DNA of 64,000 nucleotides from Octopus sinensis (taxonomy: Eukaryota): the NCBI RefSeq assembly GCF_006345805.1, contig NC_042997.1:48298001-48362000 (forward strand), read 5' to 3'. This document shows, piece by piece, positions 40,032 to 52,700 of this stretch; the first letter of the stretch is position 1; every line of letters begins with the position of its first letter. Below the pieces are notes generated by a model. It saw only the letters and a program-made list of their open reading frames with translations. It was not told where the DNA came from and searched no databases. The translations under genes were made by a program, and so were the position numbers.

Positions 40032-40400
40032 GCACACATATGTACATATAGAGATGTACATGTACGTATATATCTGTATAAAATTCTAGTACTAGTTCAG
40101 TCGGTAATCGCTAATTTTGGGGAGGAAAACAAGCCCAAATCTGCGTTCAAAGAGAAGAAAGACAAATAAACATACATGTGCACACGCACACACACACTCA
40201 CACACACCACACACACATATATATATATATGCACACATTGTACATATAGAGATGTACATGTACGTATATATCTGTATAAAATTCTAGTACTTGTTCGCTC
40301 GGTAATCGCTAATTTTGGGGAGGAAAACAAGCCCAAATCTGCGTTCAAAGAGAAGAAAGACAAATAAACATACATGTGCACACGCTCACACACACTCACA
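40019..40400. repeat. Tandem duplication, 198-bp period
   Basis: tcggtaatcgctaattttggggagg at 40101 and 40299. Confidence 0.9.
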
Positions 40401-40705
40401 CACACAGATACACAAAAGTACATAATCAAAAATACATACCTATGTACATGCATATATATATGTATGTATATGTAAATGGATATACATATATATACATATA
40501 TATACATATATATATGTATGTATGTATATGTGAATATATATGTATGTATATGTAAATGTATATATGCATATATATGTATTTATATGTATATGCATCTATA
40601 TATGTATATATACATATATATCCATTTATATATATATAGACATACATGCATATATATATATATGCATATGTATGTATATGCGTTTGTGCACATGTTTTTG
40701 TACGC

Positions 40706-40736
<31 letters not shown>

Positions 40737-41527
40737 AACGATTCAGTGCAACAAAACAGGAAAATATTGCTGTCCTATACTATTACCAAATGCACAAAAT
40801 ATCAAAACATGTTAAATGCTCTGAAATAAAATATGAATGGTATTTTTCGTAATCGTTTCTCTTTTATTTTCCTGTTGCGTTTCGCTTTGTTTCTTTAGAA
40901 TAACGTATTTGACATTTGCTGTTGTAGAACAGGGAAGAAATAGTGATGGAATAGTTTTGCATCATTTTAGTAAATTGTTTTAATACTTAACGTTTCATAG
41001 CAGTATAATATACTAAAATCTGATATTGCATGAAGCAGATTATCTATCTTATATCTATCTCACTCTCCTACTCTTTCTTATCATCGTTCATGGATGTATC
41101 TATATACATCATTACATATATGCATGCATACAATCATACACACATACAACATACATATATGAGTGCATACATGTGTAATGCATACATATATATATATGCA
41201 TATATACATACATTATACATACGCATAAACTTACGTATGTAAATATGTAAATATGTATGGGTGTGTTTTCATTTGAGTGTGCGCATGTAAATATAACATA
41301 TATTTATTCATATATGTACATGCGTAAGTATAAGTAATAAATCTTTTAATGCATAAATTTACCTGAACACAAAGGAATGCAGACACTGATAGTATGCAGG
41401 TATACGAAATGTGTCTGCTGATAAGCGTTAGAATTCTTTGCGCAGTTACTCACATTATTACATTCATGCCTCATTATGTTCACATATTCCTTTCGTCTTT
41501 CTTTCCTTCAAACACTATATTCATATC

Positions 41528-41946
41528 TCTCTTTTACTCTCTTTTACTCGTTTCAGTCATTTGACTGCGGCCATGCTGGAGCACCGCCTTTAGTCGAGCA
41601 AATCGACCCCGGGACTTATTCTTTGTAAGCCCAGTACTTATTCTATCGGTCTCTTTCGCCGAACCGCTAAGTGACGGGGACGTAAACACACCAGCATCGG
41701 TTGTCAAGCAATGCTAGAGGGACAAACACAGACACACAAACACATACACACATATACATATATATATATATATACATATATACGACAGGTTTCTTCCAGT
41801 TTCCGTCTACCAAATCCACTCACAAGGCATTGGTCGGCCCGGGGCTATAGCAGAAGACACTGGCCCCAGATGCCACGCTGTAGGACTGAACCCAGAACCA
41901 TGTGGTTGGTTAGCAAGCTACTTACCACACAGCCACACCTGCGCCT
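41528..41946 (-). mobile_element. tRNA-derived SINE family B
   Basis: Full-length homologue of 3946-4306. Confidence 0.88.
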
Positions 41947-43079
41947 ATATATAAGTAATGTATGTATGTATGTATGCAAGTATATGTATGCACTTTTCCA
42001 CTCGCACAAACATACAATGCCTTAAACGCAGCCCCACCAATCACACACACACACACACACATACACACACACCATGTATATCTGCGTGTGTGTTATTATT
42101 TGTGTGTCTCAATGTAAGTTTATGCGTGCATACATGTATACATAATATACATTCCAATAAAACACTTTTGATACTACATGGAATTTTTTTCTATAAAATT
42201 CATAAGTTCATATGTCCTGTTGTATAATCTATTATTTGTTTATTTATTCTTCATCTGTTGATATCGTTTCAGTTCTATGCTTCCCGTTTTCATATGTTAT
42301 TCTTATAAATTTAAGATATTCAATTTCAATGTAATATTTCTCATCACCTCTTCTTTTTCATTGTATCCTTCCATATTTCATATTCGAACTATAGCTATAA
42401 CCATTGTATAACACATTTATATGGTTTTTATGCTTTCCCCGAATTCTTTTAAATTCTCTTCCGTTTCATAACACTAGGGTGTTCTATTTTTATTCTTCTG
42501 TTCTATTTTCTGTCATTTCCAGATTTTGTTCCAACTAAAACTGATAAATTCATATGTTGCAAAATACCGAGTTATTGTACTAACATTCGTTTTGAAATTG
42601 TCGCATTTTTTAAACGCTCGCTTCTCAGTCTGTTGAGATTTATTGAAATCCCATCGTTAAAAGTGCAAAAATGGGTTCACCTTTTACTTTTATCTCATCG
42701 TGATTGCCACAACTAACGTAGGTGACTCCCTACAAGGCAAATACAACCAAATAGGTTAAGTTACATTAGTAACTTACAAGGCATATACTGGGAGAGGCAC
42801 AGTGCGCTAACGAGTACAAAGTAGAACAGTAATGAAAATTGCTTTCCATTTAAATATTTTTATTGTCTCTTATCGTGGTTTGCTTATCTATATTGCTCTC
42901 GTCTGCACTGTTAGCGCTGCAGACGATACAATTCTACCAACCATTTTTGTAAGGTATAATGTATCCACGACTACATTACTGAATGTGCCTGTCAATTTTA
43001 TGTATCATTTTCCGGAGATTTGCCTGTTATTTTTAAAACCTCTCTAGAAATGGCATTGGTAGAGACAAATTTATTACAA

Positions 43080-43400
43080 AATATCAAAGATTGTCATATA
43101 GCATCCAGTTTTCACTCTCAGATTTTATAAATGCCTTACGAATAACAGTAGGAATGTAATACATTTATCTGATTTAAGAGACCTACTATGATGTACTTCT
43201 GAGAGGGTTGTGGTGCTACAATATAGGAGAATTTTCGCTGCGTGTGAAGTAGTGTCTCCTAATTTTTTTTTTATTTTGAAGTTGTTCAGAAACACACAGC
43301 AATCCCTGTCAGATATTGATACTGTCATGTCGCTCTGCTTTTTATCTCTTTACTGCATAGAATTCTGCAAATTATCGCCGACTTCCTCCAGGTAGTCTTC
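43080..43400 (-). mobile_element. Degraded PLE RT N-terminal fragment
   Basis: VSISDRDCCVFLNN...KKLGDTTSH resembles I..ADKG..VV.LN...Y..K...L.D..TY. Confidence 0.4.
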
Positions 43401-43870
43401 ATTTAGTAATTTCCGACTCAATCATCTCCTTTTCTTGCATACCATATATTATGCACACTTCAAAACACCTTGTACTAACCACTAAGAAGAACATTAATTG
43501 CATCGACGTCACCTACTAGAGAGCTGTTATGACTGAACTAATGAAAGAAAAACGACCACTCACAACCTGCGTTTAATAACCCTCGAGCATAACATTAACT
43601 GAAAGCTTTGTTTATAGAAAAATATTATGATAATGATAAAAAGATTTTGGTTCCATTTGAAGCAATTATTAATTTTTTATATTTTTGTCTCAAACAATGC
43701 CCTCAGTAATTTTGCAGATGAATTTGAATTCATAAATAAATAAAACGTTTTCATGAGATCTCAACAATGGAGAACTTTAAAATGTAGTATAACCACTTAT
43801 GTAATTTGTTATTGTTATATTTTAAACCATTAGTTACCTGTCAATGAAATTTATGCATACACATATTGTA

Positions 43871-43939
<69 letters not shown>

Positions 43940-43976
43940 CACCATATATGTACATATATGTATATATATATATATA

Positions 43977-44018
<42 letters not shown>

Positions 44019-44051
44019 TAAGAAAGTTTGTTTGGTAAAGCACGTGGGTGA

Positions 44052-45527
44052 ATATATAAGAAAATAGTAAAGTGTGAAAAAACGACAGAAGGCTTAAATG
44101 TTAAAAAATATATATATTTGTGTCAAAATGTCTGGAGAATATTGGAAAAATTTTTTCCTTTCCTTAAAATGACATATTTTAAAATTTTTAAAGAAATTAC
44201 CGGTTTCGCGTGTAGCTTTTCAAATTTCTTGTGACGTTATGTTTATATTGCATGGAATTATCGTTGTTTTTATTTCCAGGAGATTTCTAAATAAGGGGAG
44301 GTAGTGAGTGATTTTTTCCGGTGTAGGGGAGATAATCGCTTAAAAAATTTTTTTTCCATTTCCTTGTTAATTTCTCTGTGTCAGTATGTTCGGATGGTTG
44401 AGTCTGGGTTTGTACTTTTCAATGAAGAATGTTTCCTTGTTCAGTCTCATTTGTGTTGATGATCCGAAAGCACATTGGTAAAATGGGAAGATTAAAAATT
44501 GTGGCAGTAGTTGCTTTGCGCATTTCTCAATGTGCTCACTAAAGGTATCATTCTATATTCTGGGAATGCAATCTGTTGTCGATGCAGTGTGCATCTGCGC
44601 CTGAGTGATAGTCCCGTGGAACCTACGTAGTCTTGGTGGCAGCCCGAGCATTTAATAACATAAATTATGTTTTCAGAGGCACAAGTAAAGTTAGATTTGA
44701 TCTTAAATTTCTGTCCCTCTTTAAAGAAGAATTCTGATCCTTCCAATAGGTTAGGACATGTTGCACAGTTCGATCTACCACATTTTTTTACTTTTGCATC
44801 CGTAATTTTAGAAGACAATTTTCCTTTGTGAGAATCTTTTTAAGTGATTTAGGCTGTTTGTAGCTTTTAATGATTTGGTGTATGTTTAGAATTTCCTTTA
44901 ATTTTGGGTTTTTATGAAGTATTGGTAAATTCTGGGTGATGATGGTGAAGGCTTCTTTGTTTCTGGGGTTGTATGTAGATATGTAAGGTAGTATTTTCGG
45001 GGAAGGTGTGTTGTTGTGTTGAACTTTTCTTAAAGTTTCTATGTTGATTTCTGTTGCACGTCTGATCCCATCCTCTATGAGTTGAGCTGGGTAATGTCTG
45101 TCAATTAGGGTGTTTTTGAGTTCTTGCAGTCTAAAGTTCCTGGTATTTTGTTCTGACACTATTGTGCATATCCTTCTTGCAAGGTTGAAGGGGATGTTTG
45201 TTTTAGTGTGTCTTGGGTGGCATGAATTAAAAAGAAGGTATTGTTTGGCGTCTGTGGCTTTGTAAAAAATGTCTGTTTCTATTTTAAGGTTAATTTTTTT
45301 AATTAGTATATCCAAGAACGGGAGCTCCTTTTGGTTGTATTCCATTGTGAACTGTATATTTGGGTTTATGCTGTTCAATAGGTTTTTAAATTTTAGGAGT
45401 TTATCTATGTTTTCATTCCAGAGAATGAAACAATCGTCTAGGAATCGTTTCCAATTCTCTTTTATGTATTGAGAGAGGGAGTTTCCAAAGATGATAGAGA
45501 TTCCTGGTAAATGATTATTTCCATGTA
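44052..45527 (-). mobile_element. 5'-truncated Penelope-like retroelement, left arm of palindrome
   Basis: Reverse complement of 45528-47003 apart from a few 1-bp differences. ORFs 44788-45378 and 44492-44818 encode the same RT thumb and GIY-YIG peptides. Confidence 0.93.
44191..44230 (-). ncRNA. Minimal hammerhead ribozyme, U3-A8 variant (mirror copy)
   Basis: Exact reverse complement of 46824-46863. Confidence 0.72.
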
Positions 45528-46234
45528 TACATGGAAATAATCATTTACCAGGAATCTCTATCAATCTTTGGAAACTCCCTCTCTCAATACATAAAAGAGA
45601 ATTGGAAACGATTCCTAGACGATTGTTTCATTCTCTGGAATGAAAACATAGATAAACTCCTAAAATTTAAAACCTATTGAACAGCATAAACCCAAATATA
45701 CAGTTCACAATGGAATACAACCAAAAGGAGCTCCCGTTCTTGGATATACTAATTAAAAAAATTAACCTTAAAATAGAAACAGACATTTTTTACAAAGCCA
45801 CAGACGCCAAACAATACCTTCTTTTTAATTCATGCCACCCAAGACACACTAAAACAAACATCCCCTTCAACCTTGCAAGAAGGATATGCACAATAGTGTC
45901 AGAACAAAATACCAGGAACTTTAGACTGCAAGAACTCAAAAACACCCTAATTGACAGACATACCCAGCTCAACTCATAGAGGATGGGATCAGACGTGCAC
46001 AGAAATCAACATAGAAACTTTAAGAAAAGTTCAACACAACAACACACCTTCCCCGAAAATACTACCTTACATATCTACATACAACCCCAGAAACAAAGAA
46101 GCCTTCACCATCATCACCCAGAATTTACCAATACTTCATAAAAACCCAAAATTAAAGGAAATTCTAAACATACACCAAATCATTAAAAGCTACAAACAGC
46201 CTAAATCACTTAAAAAGATTCTCACAAAGGCAAA

Positions 46235-46687
46235 TTGTCTTCTAAAATTACGGATGCAAAAGTAAAAAAATGTGGTAGATCGAACTGTGCAACATGTCCT
46301 AACCTATTGGAAGGATCAGAATTCTTCTTTAAAGAGGGACAGAAATTTAAGATCAAATCTAACTTTACTTGTGCCTCTGAAAACATAATTTATGTTATTA
46401 AATGCTCGGGCTGCCACCAAGACTACGTAGGTTCCACGGGACTATCACTCAGGCGCAGATGCACACTGCATCGACAACAGATTGCATTCCCAGAATATAG
46501 AATGATACCTTTTAGTGAGCACATTGAGAAATGCGCAAAGCAACTACTGCCACAATTTTTAATCTTCCCATTTTACCAATGTGCTTTCGGATCATCAACA
46601 CAAATGAGACTGAACAAGGAAACATTCTTCATTGAAAAGTACAAACCCAGACTCAACCATCCGAACATACTGACACAGAGAAATTAA
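46235..46687 (+). CDS. GIY-YIG endonuclease domain of the PLE (C-terminal part of the RT-EN ORF)
   Basis: IIYVIKC-x-C-x-YVGST, conserved R and H, and terminal E..FI..Y.P.LN. The ORF start is artificial because the domain is fused to RT in the reconstructed frame. Confidence 0.85.
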   Translation: MSSKITDAKVKKCGRSNCATCPNLLEGSEFFFKEGQKFKIKSNFTCASENIIYVIKCSGCHQDYVGSTGLSLRRRCTLHRQQIAFPEYRMIPFSEHIEKCAKQLLPQFLIFPFYQCAFGSSTQMRLNKETFFIEKYKPRLNHPNILTQRN

Positions 46688-46823
46688 CAAGGAAATGGAA
46701 AAAAAATTTTTTAAGCGATTATCTCCCCTACACCGGAAAAAATCACTCACTACCTCCCCTTATTTAGAAATCTCCTGGAAATAAAAACAACGATAATTCC
46801 ATGCAATATAAACATAACGTCAC

Positions 46824-46863
46824 AAGAAATTTGAAAAGCTACACGCGAAACCGGTAATTTCTT
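46824..46863 (+). ncRNA. Minimal type I hammerhead ribozyme, U3-A8 core variant, in PLE 3' end
   Basis: aagaaat TTGAAAA gc-tacac-gc GAA accggt A atttctt: 7-bp stem I, 2-bp stem II, palindromic stem III, GUA cleavage triplet. Confidence 0.72.
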
Positions 46864-47271
46864 TAAAAATTTTAAAATTATGTCATTTTAAGGAAAGGAA
46901 AAAAATTTTTCCAATATTCTCCAGACATTTTGACACAAATATATATATTTTTTAACATTTAAGCCTTCTGTCGTTTTTTCACACTTTACTATTTTCTTAT
47001 ATATATATATATATGTACATATATATACATATATATATGTATGTGTGTGTGCACGCGTGTTCATATATATATTGGTTCTTATTCTTTTATTCTATGACAT
47101 ATATATTATATATATATATTTCATATAAAAATTAGTGTACATTTATACACAAAGGTACAAGCCTTTAACAGGTTGCCTAACATAATAAAAAGAACAGTCA
47201 AAGAGTCCAAACCACAGTTAAGAGCAATTTCGAAGGGAAGGAAAAATACAAGCATTTACCATGTTTTACAG

Positions 47272-47340
47272 CCGGACCTCATGTTTCGAACTTTAATTAA
47301 CAAATAAAATAATTTGCAAGGCGAAGTTCTCATCAGCCGA
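47272..47340 (-). ncRNA. Hammerhead-like motif with long stem II loop (F5)
   Basis: tcgg CTGATGA gaactt...aagttc GAA acatgaggt ccgg: intact core and 6-bp stem II; stem III and the cleavage site are degenerate. Confidence 0.5.
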
Positions 47341-48224
47341 TACGCCAAAACATTAATATATAAATTAGAGACGAAACAACACGTGTCTCATCCTTACACA
47401 TTATAATTTGTCTATTGACTTTGTATACATACTAGGCCACTGGTAGAAAAAGACTTCTATATTTTTTTCCTATCCTATTTAAGACATGATTTCAGCAATT
47501 TCTAAAGTTTTAATTGGAATTTTTATTTGCTGCCGATTGAAACTGTGCTTGAGCGGTGGATCTGAAAAATTATAATACATAAGGATGAGAACGTGTAGTA
47601 GAAGACACTTGCACAAGATATCATGAAGTGGAACTAAAACCGGAACCATGTGGTTGGGTTAGGAGCTTCTTACCCTATAGGCATGTCTACACCTATCGAC
47701 GGTCATGCAGACGGCTCTAATTTTCTTTCATATTGAACTTAATAACTGAAAACATATAACAGACAACACTCATTAATTATACCGTCTCTTTTAAAACTGA
47801 AAAATGAATTGCCCTTTGCAATATGTATATTCATCTGTATTTGATTTCGTTTTGTTTTGTTTTCATCCATGTTTATAAAAACATGGAGAAGAAAAGATTT
47901 GCGTTTTTGTCCCATTTTCTGCTCACTCAGCCTCTGCTTCTTTGAATTAATGCTTCATCGTTAAACTTCCTATATTTTATTCCGTGTTGCATTTCTACTC
48001 AATACGATGGAATGGTACAAGTTTTAGTAATTGGGAATATGTCCCTTAAAACGATAATCTACATTTAAACATTATTTTCGATTCTTTATAAAATTTCATT
48101 AGCTGTTTGACATCACAGATTTCAAGAAACTATACACTTCAAAATTATACTCACCCGGCTGTTTTAACGATAACTTCCTTACTCTCTTACATTCTAAATA
48201 TATTATAAAATTTATATTAATAGC

Positions 48225-48272
<48 letters not shown>

Positions 48273-48399
48273 TAATAATAATAATAATATAAAGAACATA
48301 TTGTATAACTTTCCTACACACATACTAATTATCTTAGAAAGAATTTAGATTCTTTCATCGTAAGCAAATACTTGTTTTCTTCGGAAAACTATAGGTCAT

Positions 48400-48805
48400 A
48401 GGATACTTCACATTACTTTGAAAGTGTGAACCAAACACACTTCCTATTAATCTCATTTCCTGAGCTTACCACGTGTTTTTACTGCATCAAGATATCCACA
48501 TGATTCCGTATAACTTGTAACTCAGAAAATTTGAATTTTCTTCTCCATATCGATGACTTCAGGCAAAGCAACGTTAATTCTTTTCACAGCTCGACGGAGG
48601 AACAACGCATTATGTATCCCCACCTGTATGTCTCTTCCTAACAAGAGAATCGCTATTGAGAATATTCCCCATAGCCACGGTGAAAATTCAATAACAGTAT
48701 GCAAAGGTTCATGTTGGAATAACTCAAAAAGTAAGTTTATCTCTCATTAAACATAATATTAGTTATCACGGCAAGCACTCTTTTTAAGATCTGTTTTATA
48801 TATAT

Positions 48806-48859
<54 letters not shown>

Positions 48860-49720
48860 TATATCATTGCTAATGGCAAATAAAGACTTGGATTTTCTTC
48901 GGAATAAACAATGCAACATAGATCCAGATTGAATAAAGGCGATCACAAATTTGTTGTAAAATCCGGGGACGTACCCGAATCTGGCGAAACTCATCTCCAA
49001 CAATTATTGGTATTGTCGATTGTAATGAATCTAGAGACATTGATTTAGAAACATAGTTCATGAAAATTTCAACTATCGCTTAATCACTGCACCTTCGTAT
49101 CGCATCAGTAATTATTAAACTTAAATTCTAACCCTCGGCACTTAGAACATTATAAAACTACCTCTCTTCTCTTGGTGCCTTGACCGCCCATGATCATTCT
49201 TCTGGATTAAATTTCTGCTCCACACTTTTCGAGAGAAAGGCAAGTAGTCTTTGTTTTTAAGTATTTCGAAAAGTTGCTGACTGAGGTATGTTGGGTCTTT
49301 AGCCTAATGTACGATTGTAAGATTGAAGGACCTATAAAAATAAGACACGAGATAATATTAATTGGTTTTATTTCTATAAAGATACTTATCATGTGGCAAT
49401 TTATCGATTCGAAATTTTCTCCGATTCTCTGGAACTTTGGTAGCGCTGCTTTTTAAAGATTTGTCGATACTTAAATGTCACTAAATGAAGAGAAGTTAAC
49501 ATTTCACTGGATCATTCTTCATTTTTCTCTTGGAATCCACAGGTTTGCAGTAATTTGGTCTTTGATTTTGTTTTTTGTATATAATTATTTCCTTATTTCT
49601 CATCTTATTTTGCCATATTTCTGTCTTGCTATCGATATGTAACACATTTCTAATATGTATATTTACAGATTTGGTTTGAAAGAGTCTACATTCCTGTTTG
49701 GGGTGAACTTTTTCCACTTG
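48400..49720 (-). mobile_element. Heavily degraded PLE RT region
   Basis: TVAMGNILNS (cf. G.AMG.PLS), then a frameshifted W.YI.D motif; interrupted by (TA)n. Confidence 0.4.
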
Positions 49721-52700
49721 TCAATTAAACTGGAAATCATGCGCATACACGCACAGAAATTCGCATTTATTAGCGTAGGACTTCACATACTAGATTTTAT
49801 AAGGTAACTACTTCGCTAGAGGCAATGCTTCTTCTGGACGTCAATGAAAGAATTACTATATTCTTTTATTGACTATAATAAGATGAAAGACAAATTTTAA
49901 ATATGATTGCAATTATATGATTTCAAAGATAATTTTCATATTCAGAACTGTGAGGCAAAACGAAGCATAAACACTGTGCTAATTTAATTCGCTGTAGAAG
50001 AAATATATTTCATAATTTCGTTATGAAGTAATCTACTGATGGCAACTGCGAAAAAAAAAGAATCACTAAATTAAAATCTATTCAATATAATCTTTCAGTC
50101 GTATCGCTATTTAATCTTCACATATACACAAGAAACATCATCATCATTATCTGCGAATTGCAGCGTCGTCTTTGTTAGCTCCGATGACAGTTGTGCCACA
50201 CATCTTGTTTCAACATCGGAGTTCTCTGTGTTCTAAGTTCATCAGCGGCGACATTGTCCTCCATGTATATCATTGATTCGAAGGGACATCGACTGTTGAA
50301 ACTCTCATGAGTCGGTTTCTGGGTTATGATTTGTCTAACACAAATCGCTGTGCCATAATCAATGTCCAGAAATTTAACATCTACTTTCTCCTATGTTATT
50401 GGTCAATTAGCGAGCCGTTGCCATGCAGTTGTTCACTGGTGAATTTCTGCAACCATTTGCTGAAGATCGAACCACAACGTTTCTGGTGTTCGTTCAACAC
50501 TGTATGTGTTGTAAACTGATATTATGTAGGTAAATGCAGCAACCTGATGTCAGACACAATTTCTAAATATAACAGACTATTTGGACAATTCAAAAATTCG
50601 ACCGTTGACAAATGAATCTGTTTGTTGAATAACATAGAAGGATATGCGAAATGTTTTTCGCTGAAACGTTTTCGTATGTTACACAAAATGATGTAAGCAT
50701 TGTCCAGACATATAACTTTGGAAAAAAACTAAATAAAATTTTCAATTTTATAAACCTACGCAAGAAGAAAATTTCTGGAGAAAAGATATTTACAAAATGA
50801 CTGATATGGTCCAGAATGATAAATGTGCTCTTTTAAAATGACACATGTTTCCAAGACAAAGCATTTGCAATGGACATTGATTCCAGACAAATGCATTCTA
50901 GGCACAGTATGTGATATTTCATTCCACATAAAAGATAGAAATACAGAGAAAGTAAATTGGAAATATGATTCTTATCTAAACGGGTGACATATAATGTCAA
51001 TAACTGCTTCAAATTGTAATAAAACCTGAGATGTAATAAAGCTTACCACCTTTATGTCGATACGTTACAGCTGGCTCATTGTTTTGCAGATAAAAGACAA
51101 TATTATTTTTATTATTTTCCATTTCTGAAGAGAAACAACATTCAGCAGGTTTCAAATGTGTACCATATACATACTTCAAGAAGTTAAAAATATATTGTAG
51201 TTGGCGTTTCAGGAAAATTGAAATAAATTGGCACGCATGCATATGATATTCGTATTAGATCTTATGCTTTTCTCACAATGATCAGCATATATTATTATAT
51301 GAAATGATTTCCTTCAAGTTGGCTAATATGAAATTGTGCATTGTTATGTGCCAAATTAGTCAGCTTCACATCACGGCTCCGTATGAAACTGAATGTTTCT
51401 GCGTGCACATACATAAAAGTTTTGAATAACTATCTCAGTCGTAGTATATGAACAAATATAAGAAGAAAAAATGATTTTCTTAATTTAGTCCAACATTTAA
51501 AACAACAAACTTGATATTTTGTAAGTTTAATGATTCTACAGTAAATTGTTGCCTTAGGCTAAATACATGTTGCTCACCAGAATGGTTTAAGTAATTTGCT
51601 GTCTGAATTATTAATATATCAAGCACAATAATTCACACTGCAATTAAAAGACGAATGAGGCTCATAATTTCTCTAAGTTGGGGAAGTAACGGGCAGTTTA
51701 TTGATTATTTACGAAAAGATGCATAGATATTGAAGAATTTGTTATTTTCATTGAATATATTTGGAAGATTCGCATGAACCAAATCTCCCATATTAATGAC
51801 GGCGTGATGTCACGAACATTTTTTGCGGATGCTTCAAAATGGCTGTTTTTACAAGGAGGTATTGTATGTTTTATTTTGAATTTGTTGTTTGTAAGTAATG
51901 ATGAAAACCTGTCGTTTCTGAAAATGCTTAAACTGAGATGACGATGTAGATGAAGTCGAAGACGACGACAGCGTCAATGTTAACAACGATGACAACAATC
52001 ACAATGACGACGACGATGATTATGACAAATTTAGACAAGGACGATTTAATCCAACTTGGGAGGTCCTTACACAATGGCTCTTCTCTTGATTGGGTATCCT
52101 TGGCGTAGAGGGACAGCAAAGCCATTATATCAGAGGGAAGAAGAAACCGGTCAAAGGTAGCTAACAGTAAAAAATGCACGACTAAAAAGCCATAATGTAA
52201 GTCCGATGGAGAACATTTGTCTCTTTTCATTTATCATCCCTTGTAGACATATGAAGATATATTTGTCGCAGCAGGTTGCTCGTTTAAGCTCCATATACCC
52301 TTGTGAGACCCTAGAGGGGTGTTGCTGATTTAGATGCTGATCACCCGGCCGCAAAGCTTTAACGTAATTACCAATGGTTGAACATTTTTGGTGTGATCGA
52401 ATACAACGTATTGTGTGCATATCAGATAATAGCTAAAATACGTAGATTGTCTTTTGACAGTGTGTGACTAACTAAAAGGCAGACTGCCTTACAAAGTATA
52501 ATAAGGAAGTTAATTTAATTCTGGAGTTTTATATATTTTGTTGTTTTGTTTTTGACAATTTTGGTAGTTTTTGATAGAATAAAATGATATTCATTTTCTT
52601 TTTTCTTTAGCTCTGTCGCACTACAAAATGTAGGGCTTTGCTAAATTCTAATTCCTGGTAATAACATATTTAGTTCGTCTCTGAATCTCCCCCGTCCGCT

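Larger units (their letters stand above)
45528..47003 (+). mobile_element. 5'-truncated Penelope-like retroelement, right arm of palindrome (RT C-terminal half, thumb, GIY-YIG endonuclease, 3' end)
   Basis: Translation from 45528 gives YMEIIIYQ...NWKRFLDDCFILW...NSINPNIQFTME...LPFLDIL...YKATDAKQYLLFNSCHP (PLE RT motif 5 to thumb). It continues with a Cys linker KCGRSNCATC and GIY-YIG NIIYVIKCSGCHQDYVGST...RRCTLH...ETFFIEKYKPRLN (ORFs 45677-45979, 45951-46265, 46235-46687). The Cys linker resembles Neptune/Nematis-type PLEs. Confidence 0.93.
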
